Positions 57,960 through 64,000 of a stretch of 64,000 bases of DNA are shown in pieces. The DNA lies in contig DATLJS010000055.1 of the NCBI GenBank assembly GCA_035538795.1, forward strand, positions 25,426 through 89,425, given 5' to 3'. Position 1 is the first letter of the stretch. Each line of letters starts with the position of its first letter. This DNA comes from Candidatus Sulfotelmatobacter sp. GTDB lineage: Bacteria; Pseudomonadota; Alphaproteobacteria; Rhodospirillales; Magnetospirillaceae. A program made the position numbers and the translations under genes. Under the pieces are notes generated by a model, which worked only from the letters and a program-made list of their open reading frames with translations, made no database searches and had not been told where the DNA came from.

Positions 57960-60528
57960 TGACGATCCTGTTCGCTACGACGACGACCTTGCGCGGAGCC
58001 TTGCCGTCGAGCAGGGAGGCGACGGCGGGCAAAGCCAGGGCGGCGGCCTGGGCCACGTCCTGAGGGGCGTCTTTGGGTAATTCCACGGTGCCGCGCAGCT
58101 TGCCGTTGACCTGCACGGCCATGGTTACGCTGTCTTCCACCAGCAGGGAGCTGTCGGCCACCGGCCAGGGGCTGTCCACCAGCAGGGCGGCATGGCCCAG
58201 CTCGGACCACAGTTCCTCGGCCAGATGCGGCATCATTGGATTGATCAGGGTGACCAGGGCCTCCAGGCCTTCGCGCAGGGCCCAGGGGGCGCCTTCGTCG
58301 GAAGCGGGCAGCTCGGCCAGGGCGTTGGTCAGCTCGCGCAGGCGGGCGACGGCCTTGTTGAAGTGGAAACGGTCCAGATCCTCGCCCACCTGGGCGATGG
58401 CTTTGTGGGTCTGGCGGCGGACCTTGACGGCGGCCGGGCCGAAAGCGGCGGGCTTGGCTGTTCCTACCGGCGGCAGCTCCATTGAGGGAACCACCACCAT
58501 GCGCCACAGACGGTTGACGTAACGGTACGAGCCGTCGATGCCGGATTCGGTCCAGTCGAGATCGCGTTCGGGCGGGCTGTCGGAAAGCATGAACAGGCGG
58601 GCGGTGTCGGCGCCGTAGGTGCCGATGATGCCGGCCGGATCGACCACGTTCTTTTTCGACTTCGACATCTTTTCCGAGCGGCCCAACGTGACCGGCTGGC
58701 CGGTCGCGGTCTCGATCAGACCGCCGTCGGCGCTTTTTTCCACATCCGAGGGGAACAGCCACTTGCCCTCGGAGGACTTGTAGGTCTCGTGGCAGATCAT
58801 GCCCTGGGTCAGCAGACCGGCGAAGGGCTCCTCAATGTTGAGATAGCCGCAGGTTTTCAGGGCGCGGGTAAAGAAGCGCGAATAGAGCAGGTGCAGAACC
58901 GCATGCTCGATGCCGCCGATATATTGGTCGACAGGCAACCAGTAATTGGCGGCTTCGGCGGTGAAGCCCTTGGCTGTTTCCTGGGGCGATGCGTAGCGGG
59001 CGAAATACCAGGACGATTCGAAGAAAGTGTCGAAGGTGTCGGTTTCGCGCCGGGCCGGCTTGCCGCAGCAGGGGCAGGCGGTATGTTTCCAGGTGGGGTG
59101 GTGGTCCAGCGGATTGCCGGGCTTGTCGAAGGTGACGTCCTCCGGCAGGCGCACCGGCAGATCGGATTCCGGAACCGGCACGACACCGCAGGCGTCGCAA
59201 TGGATCACCGGGATCGGGCAGCCCCAGTAACGCTGGCGGGAAACGCCCCAGTCACGCAGGCGGTAGTTCACCGACCGCTGGCCGATGCCGCGGGCTTCCA
59301 TGGCGTCGATGACCTTGGCTTTGGCGGTGCCGACGGTCAGGCCGTTCAGATCGCCGGAATTCACCAAAAGACCGTCTTCGGCATAGGCTTCCGCGCCGAT
59401 GACGATGCTGGCCGGATCGACGCCTTCGGGCGCCACCACCACCGTGACCGGCAGGTTGTATTTGCGGGCGAAATCCAGATCGCGCTGGTCATGGGCCGGG
59501 CAGCCGAAAATGGCGCCGGTGCCGTAGTCCATCAGCACGAAATTGGCGACGTAGACCGGCAGGGACTGGCCGGGGACTAGGGGATTGGCGGCCTTCAGGC
59601 CGGTGTCGAAGCCCTTCTTCTCGGCGGTTTCCAGAGCCGCCTCGCTGGTGCCCATGCGGTTGCATTCGCCGATGAAGTCGGTCAGGGTCGGATTGTTCTT
59701 CGCCAGCTCCAGCGACAGCGGATGGTTGGCGGCGATGGCGACGAAGGCGGCGCCGTGCAAGGTGTCGGGACGGGTGGTGTAGATCTCGACGCGCTCGCCG
59801 CCGCGGTTTTCCAGATCGAAGAACAGGCGCAGCCCCTCCGAGCGGCCGATCCAGTTCTCCTGCATGATCCGCACGCGCTCGGGCCAGCGATCCAGGCTTT
59901 TCAGTCCTTGCAGCAGGTCTTCAGCATAATCGGTGATCTTTAGGAACCACTGGCTCAGCAGGCGCTTTTCCACCAGGGCGCCGGAACGCCAGCCACGTCC
60001 GTCGATGACCTGCTCGTTGGCCAGAACGGTGTGTTCCTCGGGATCCCAGTTAACCCAGGATTCCTTGCGGTAGACCAGGCCGGTTTTCAGGAAGTCCAGG
60101 AACATCTTCTGTTCGTGACGGTAATATTCCGGCTCGCAGGTGGCGACCTCGCGGGTCCAGTCGTAGGACAAGCCCATGGTCTTCAACTGGTCGCGCATGG
60201 AGGCGATGTTCTCGCGGGTCCACTTGGCCGGATGCACGTTGTTCTGGATGGCGGCGTTCTCGGCCGGCAGGCCGAAAGCGTCCCAGCCCATGGGATGCAG
60301 CACGTTGAAGCCCTTGGCCCGCTTGTACCGCGCCACGACGTCGCCCAAGGTGTAATTGCGGACATGGCCCATGTGGATGCGTCCCGACGGATAGGGGAAC
60401 ATCTCCAGCACATAATATTTTTCGCGGGTCTTGTCCTCGCGGGCCAGGAAGCTTTGCCGCTCCTCCCACGTTTTCTGCCACTTGGATTCGGTTTCTCGGA
60501 CGTTGTAGCGCTCGTCGGTGCGCGACAT
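57946..60528 (-). CDS. leuS: leucine--tRNA ligase
   Basis: Class I HIGH motif ([11 protein letters not shown]), KMSKS (EKMSKSKKN), and 860 aa of full-length collinearity. Confidence 0.97.
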   Translation of the reverse strand: MSRTDERYNVRETESKWQKTWEERQSFLAREDKTREKYYVLEMFPYPSGRIHMGHVRNYTLGDVVARYKRAKGFNVLHPMGWDAFGLPAENAAIQNNVHPAKWTRENIASMRDQLKTMGLSYDWTREVATCEPEYYRHEQKMFLDFLKTGLVYRKESWVNWDPEEHTVLANEQVIDGRGWRSGALVEKRLLSQWFLKITDYAEDLLQGLKSLDRWPERVRIMQENWIGRSEGLRLFFDLENRGGERVEIYTTRPDTLHGAAFVAIAANHPLSLELAKNNPTLTDFIGECNRMGTSEAALETAEKKGFDTGLKAANPLVPGQSLPVYVANFVLMDYGTGAIFGCPAHDQRDLDFARKYNLPVTVVVAPEGVDPASIVIGAEAYAEDGLLVNSGDLNGLTVGTAKAKVIDAMEARGIGQRSVNYRLRDWGVSRQRYWGCPIPVIHCDACGVVPVPESDLPVRLPEDVTFDKPGNPLDHHPTWKHTACPCCGKPARRETDTFDTFFESSWYFARYASPQETAKGFTAEAANYWLPVDQYIGGIEHAVLHLLYSRFFTRALKTCGYLNIEEPFAGLLTQGMICHETYKSSEGKWLFPSDVEKSADGGLIETATGQPVTLGRSEKMSKSKKNVVDPAGIIGTYGADTARLFMLSDSPPERDLDWTESGIDGSYRYVNRLWRMVVVPSMELPPVGTAKPAAFGPAAVKVRRQTHKAIAQVGEDLDRFHFNKAVARLRELTNALAELPASDEGAPWALREGLEALVTLINPMMPHLAEELWSELGHAALLVDSPWPVADSSLLVEDSVTMAVQVNGKLRGTVELPKDAPQDVAQAAALALPAVASLLDGKAPRKVVVVANRIVNVVA

Positions 60529-60565
60529 GGCTTTGACTTCTTCTCTGCTTGGTGATGGTGCGGTT

Positions 60566-60597
60566 TAAAAGGCGAGGGGCGGCCCGCAAGCCGCCCC
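60566..60597 (-). terminator. rho-independent terminator downstream of the 60612-61148 gene
   Basis: GGGGCGGC-N6-GCCGCCCC. On the minus strand it is followed by CGCCTTTTAAA. Confidence 0.6.
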
Positions 60598-60611
60598 GTC
60601 CGGTCCCCGTA

Positions 60612-61148
60612 TTACTTGGCGGCCTGGGCGGCGGTCCGCATTTCGCGGGCGCGGGTCAGGATGGTGTTTTCCATATCGGTGGCGGTCTTGGGGTCGACGG
60701 CGGCGTCGGTCCATTCGCCGGCGCTGTTCTGCACCTGGCGGAAAACGCTGACGCGCACGCCGTCGGCGCGCAGGGCGCGGTCCAGGATCAGGATGGTCAT
60801 CTTGAAGCGCTCGTTGCCGGATTCCGGCGGCGAGTACCAGTCGGTGATGACCACGCCGCCGAAAGGATCGGCCGAGGACAAGGGCATGAAGGAAATGGTG
60901 TCCAGCGAGGCGCGCCACAGGAAGAAGTTGACGCCGATGCCGGAGCCCTGTTCCTGATCCTTCTTCTTGTCGCCTCCGAAGAGGTCGAGACCGCTCTTTC
61001 CGAAGATGGTTTCCTTCTTCTGGTCGTCGCCCCAGGTCGGGGTTGTGTCGCCCTGCTGGCGGGAGGGGGCGATAGTCTTGCCCTCGCTGCAGGCGGCCAG
61101 ACCGAGAATGAGGCACAGCCCCAAGGCCGTACGCAACTTTCTGTGCAT
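60612..61148 (-). CDS. lipoprotein, DUF3576-like
   Basis: MHRKLRTALGLCLILGLAAC has a lipobox. A conserved small alphaproteobacterial protein of this type usually sits adjacent to leuS. The start is one of three in-frame ATGs (61148 chosen). Confidence 0.6.
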   Translation of the reverse strand: MHRKLRTALGLCLILGLAACSEGKTIAPSRQQGDTTPTWGDDQKKETIFGKSGLDLFGGDKKKDQEQGSGIGVNFFLWRASLDTISFMPLSSADPFGGVVITDWYSPPESGNERFKMTILILDRALRADGVRVSVFRQVQNSAGEWTDAAVDPKTATDMENTILTRAREMRTAAQAAK

Positions 61149-61487
61149 TACCATGACGGTTTCTAACCCCGTTGATCCCAAGCGGCGCGGACGCCGATTC
61201 ATAATTCTTCTCGTACCACACGCGCGTCAGGAACCCAAGGGGCGTCTTCTCAGGGGCCGGGGCCGGTTTATGTGCGAAGCAGCAAAAAGCGCCGATTACA
61301 CAATGGGGTACGTATTTGTGTAACAAACTGTGTCTGTTCAGCAACAGTGAGATTCGAATATCACAATGTGACGTTTGAAGCCGTTGACGGCATGGGGGAG
61401 GGCGTGGCTTCCTCTGTCAGTCAATCAAGCTGACGCGGAAGCCTGCTTTACCCAGGCACACCGCCCAAATTCGGACAGGAGTTTGTA

Positions 61488-62729
61488 ATGAAGAAGGTTC
61501 TTCTCGCCAGCGCCGCGCTGCTGGCCTTCGGCACTGCCGCTCAGGCCGCCGAGCCCGTGAAGCTGTCGATCGGCGGTTACGCCATCGAAAACCTGGGCTA
61601 CGCCACCAACAAGTCCCTCGAGAACAAGACCACCACCGACGTTCAGAGCGACGTGGTTGTGACCTTCACCGGCAAGACCGCCCTCGACAACGGCATCACC
61701 GTCGGCGTCAACGTCGAGACCTTCGGCTCGCAGCGCAAGGACAGCCGCACCGTCAACGGTAACTGCGGCAACACCGGCATCACCGGCACCGCCAATTGCG
61801 GCGGCAACGGCAACATCAAGCGCTCCTACGTGACCGTCGGCTCCGCCTTCGGTACCGCCATCGTCGGCGAGCGTGAAGACGTTGGCTACATCGTCCACAA
61901 CAGCGCCCCGAACGTTGGTCCGGTCGGTGCTGCCGACGGCACCTGGTGGCAGTGGGTTGCCCCGCCGAGCGCTCACCGCGCCTACACCTCGACCGACGCC
62001 AGCCGTTATGACGACCGTACCAACAAGTTCACCTATGTGAGCCCCTCGTTCTACGGTCTGGCTGCCGCCTTCACCTACGCTCCGAACATCTCCATGACCC
62101 AGGCTGGTCACACCACCATCACCAGCAACAGCGACTCGGCCACGTTCGCCCCGACCGGCACCGTGATCGGCGCTGACTTCGGTGGCGACCTGTACGTCGG
62201 CGGTCTGGCTTTCGCCAACACCTTCGGCGACGTCTCGGTCAAGGCCGACTTCGGTGTTGGTCAGGCCAACATCGCCAACCTGCGCGTCTTCCAGGGCGGC
62301 ACCCAGGTCAGCTACGCCGGCTTCACGGTCGGTGGCTCGATCTTCAATCGTAACGTCGCCAACGACGCCACTGTGACCACCGGCAGCGGCTCGACCCTGA
62401 CCGGCTATCATGGTGCCACCGCTCAGGCCCTGGCTTATGCCGGTCAGTCCTGGGACGCCGGCGTCAGCTACGCCACTGGCCCCTACTCGGTCAGCTTGGC
62501 CTTCTTCCACGACACCAGCAAGGACTCGGGCGCCCTGGGCAGTTCGCACTCCTACGCTGCTGACAGCACCGACGTGTGGAGCCTGGGTGCTGCCTACGTC
62601 GCTGGTCCGGGCGTGACCTTCCGCGCTTCGGTCAGCACCGTCGACTACAAGGACGGTTCCGACGTTGGCGCTGCCGCCAACAAGAACAACGGCGTCGTCG
62701 CCGTCACCGGCATCAAGGTCGATTTCTAA
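61488..62729 (+). CDS. outer-membrane porin (alphaproteobacterial general porin family)
   Basis: Signal peptide MKKVLLASAALLAFGTAAQA, alternating beta-strand pattern, a C-terminal ...GIKVDF with terminal Phe, and a strong AGGAG SD. Confidence 0.85.
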   Translation: MKKVLLASAALLAFGTAAQAAEPVKLSIGGYAIENLGYATNKSLENKTTTDVQSDVVVTFTGKTALDNGITVGVNVETFGSQRKDSRTVNGNCGNTGITGTANCGGNGNIKRSYVTVGSAFGTAIVGEREDVGYIVHNSAPNVGPVGAADGTWWQWVAPPSAHRAYTSTDASRYDDRTNKFTYVSPSFYGLAAAFTYAPNISMTQAGHTTITSNSDSATFAPTGTVIGADFGGDLYVGGLAFANTFGDVSVKADFGVGQANIANLRVFQGGTQVSYAGFTVGGSIFNRNVANDATVTTGSGSTLTGYHGATAQALAYAGQSWDAGVSYATGPYSVSLAFFHDTSKDSGALGSSHSYAADSTDVWSLGAAYVAGPGVTFRASVSTVDYKDGSDVGAAANKNNGVVAVTGIKVDF

Positions 62730-62752
62730 TCGACCCCATTACCGGAATGAGG

Positions 62753-62784
62753 AAAGGGCGGCCTTCGGGCCGCCCTTTTCTTTT
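62753..62784 (+). terminator. rho-independent terminator after porin 1
   Basis: GGGCGGCC-TTCG-GGCCGCCC followed by TTTTCTTTT. Confidence 0.88.
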
Positions 62785-63096
62785 GCCTGCGCTTTGTTGA
62801 GCGCTTCGTTGCCGGGCGGCTTTGAGATATTCGGCTGTCAGAGTCTCGATATTCAATAAAACCAATATGTTCTTCGAGCTTTCTAAGAGATAGCTCCAGG
62901 TTTTTGCCTATATTTTGGGCAAACATGACGCTTCCCCCTCGATTTTGTGATGAAAATGACACAGCATGGTCTGAATGTCACAATCACCAACGGATGCGGC
63001 TTTTCGTCGCCGGACGAGAAGAGTAAAACGGTTGCTGTTAATCCTTAACGGCTGCCTCCGCGCCTCGGAACAGCCGTCATAACGAGGGGTACATCG

Positions 63097-64000
63097 ATGA
63101 AGAAGGTTCTTTTCGCTGGCGTCGCCGCCGTTGCTTTCGGCGCTGCCGCTGCTCAGGCCGCTGAGCCTGTCAAGCTGTCGCTGGGTGGTTTCGCCGCTCA
63201 GTGGGCTGGTTACGCCCAGAACAGCTCGTCCACCAACACCGTGAACTTCGACACCCAGGACGACATCCGTCTGCAGTTCACCGGCGCCACCAAGCTGGAC
63301 AACGGCATCGGCGTCAGCGTCGAAGTCGACACCATGGGCACCCAGGGCACCAACAGCCACACCGCCAGCGGCAGCAACAAGAACAACTACAAGTCGTTCG
63401 TTGCCGTGTCGTCGGTCATCGGTACCGTTGAGCTGGGCGAGCAGGACAACGTCGGCGCTCTGATCCACAACTCGTCGCCGAACGTCGATGGCTTCATCGG
63501 CGGCCAGGACGGCAACTTCAGCAACTGGGTCATCTGGAACAGCGGCTACAAGGAAACCTACGGCCGCACCTACGCTGGTGACGACCGCTCCTCGAACAAG
63601 GTGATCTACATCACCCCGTCGTTCTACGGTCTGGCCGCTGGCTTCAGCTACACCCCCAGCATCAAGAACTCCGACACCGGCCACACCACCATCGTCAGCA
63701 ACGCCGACTACAACGGCGGCCTGGCTGGTGATCTGTATGTGTACGGCTTCGCCTACAACAACACCTTCGGCGACGTGACCGTCAAGGCCGACGTCGGCGC
63801 CGGTAACGCCAACGTTGCCAACCTGCGCGTCTACCAGGGCGGCCTGAATGTCGGCTACAAGGGCTTCACCGTTGGTGGTTCGTACCTGAAGCGTGACATC
63901 GACACCAACAAGGACGGTTCCGTCAGCGGCACCGGCGGCCTGGGCGCTACCGGCGCTTATCTGGCTGAAGCTGCCCATGTTGGTACCAGCTGGGATGCCG
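63097..64000 (+). CDS. outer-membrane porin paralog (3' end outside window)
   Basis: My own translation gives MKKVLFAGVAAVAFGAAAAQAAEPVKLSLGGF... The frame is open to the window edge. It shares blocks with porin 1 (SFYGLAA, GDLYV, NTFGDV-VKAD, ANLRV-QGG, GFTVGGS). It is absent from the ORF track because no stop falls inside the window. Confidence 0.85.
   Translation, partial: MKKVLFAGVAAVAFGAAAAQAAEPVKLSLGGFAAQWAGYAQNSSSTNTVNFDTQDDIRLQFTGATKLDNGIGVSVEVDTMGTQGTNSHTASGSNKNNYKSFVAVSSVIGTVELGEQDNVGALIHNSSPNVDGFIGGQDGNFSNWVIWNSGYKETYGRTYAGDDRSSNKVIYITPSFYGLAAGFSYTPSIKNSDTGHTTIVSNADYNGGLAGDLYVYGFAYNNTFGDVTVKADVGAGNANVANLRVYQGGLNVGYKGFTVGGSYLKRDIDTNKDGSVSGTGGLGATGAYLAEAAHVGTSWDA

Noticed and set aside
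62726-62962. 78-aa minus-strand ORF in the inter-porin spacer whose N-terminus (MFAQNIGKNLELSLRKLEEHIG) faintly resembles an XRE-type HTH start
   Set aside because: The ORF runs through the porin 1 terminator hairpin. The C-terminal half is Arg/Lys-rich read-through and the HTH similarity is too short to support. At most it is a degraded remnant.

Overview
High-GC alphaproteobacterial chromosome segment. The Rhodospirillales/Magnetospirillum-like assignment is an inference from gene content only. About 60 genes are supported, mostly housekeeping, and the window appears to span the replication-origin-proximal region. Left to right: a partial glycan cluster (heparinase II/III-like, GT4 transferase); the large NAD-glutamate dehydrogenase; an unusual radical-SAM/SPASM-TPR-GT41 fusion gene with a downstream lipoprotein gene, divergent from an Hsp70-like gene; a complete 13-gene Flp/Tad (cpa/tad) pilus locus ending in a hemerythrin gene; an NDUFA9-like SDR; YafY plus VOC; tRNA-Leu(CAG); small RNase D; kdsD-lptCAB-rpoN-ptsN; GST, deacetylase and GNAT; and dnaQ-coaE-aroE-maf-PDRP. 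Then comes a roughly 380-bp spacer dense in DnaA boxes next to hemE-hemH-hemJ, which I call the putative oriC. It is followed by rho, an MCP, qor, ogt, a DUF255 thioredoxin-like gene, a ferredoxin-like gene, mnmE-mnmG-rsmG-parA-parB, holA, lptE, leuS, a lipoprotein and two tandem porin paralogs. The main signals not explained by genes are the DnaA-box cluster at 39994-40377 and six copies of the 16-bp parS palindrome between 44.4 and 53.8 kb. The most atypical coding feature is the rSAM-TPR-GT41 fusion. I saw no CRISPR array, IS element, integrase or rRNA. Many long ORFs in the six-frame track are high-GC antisense shadows and were rejected.
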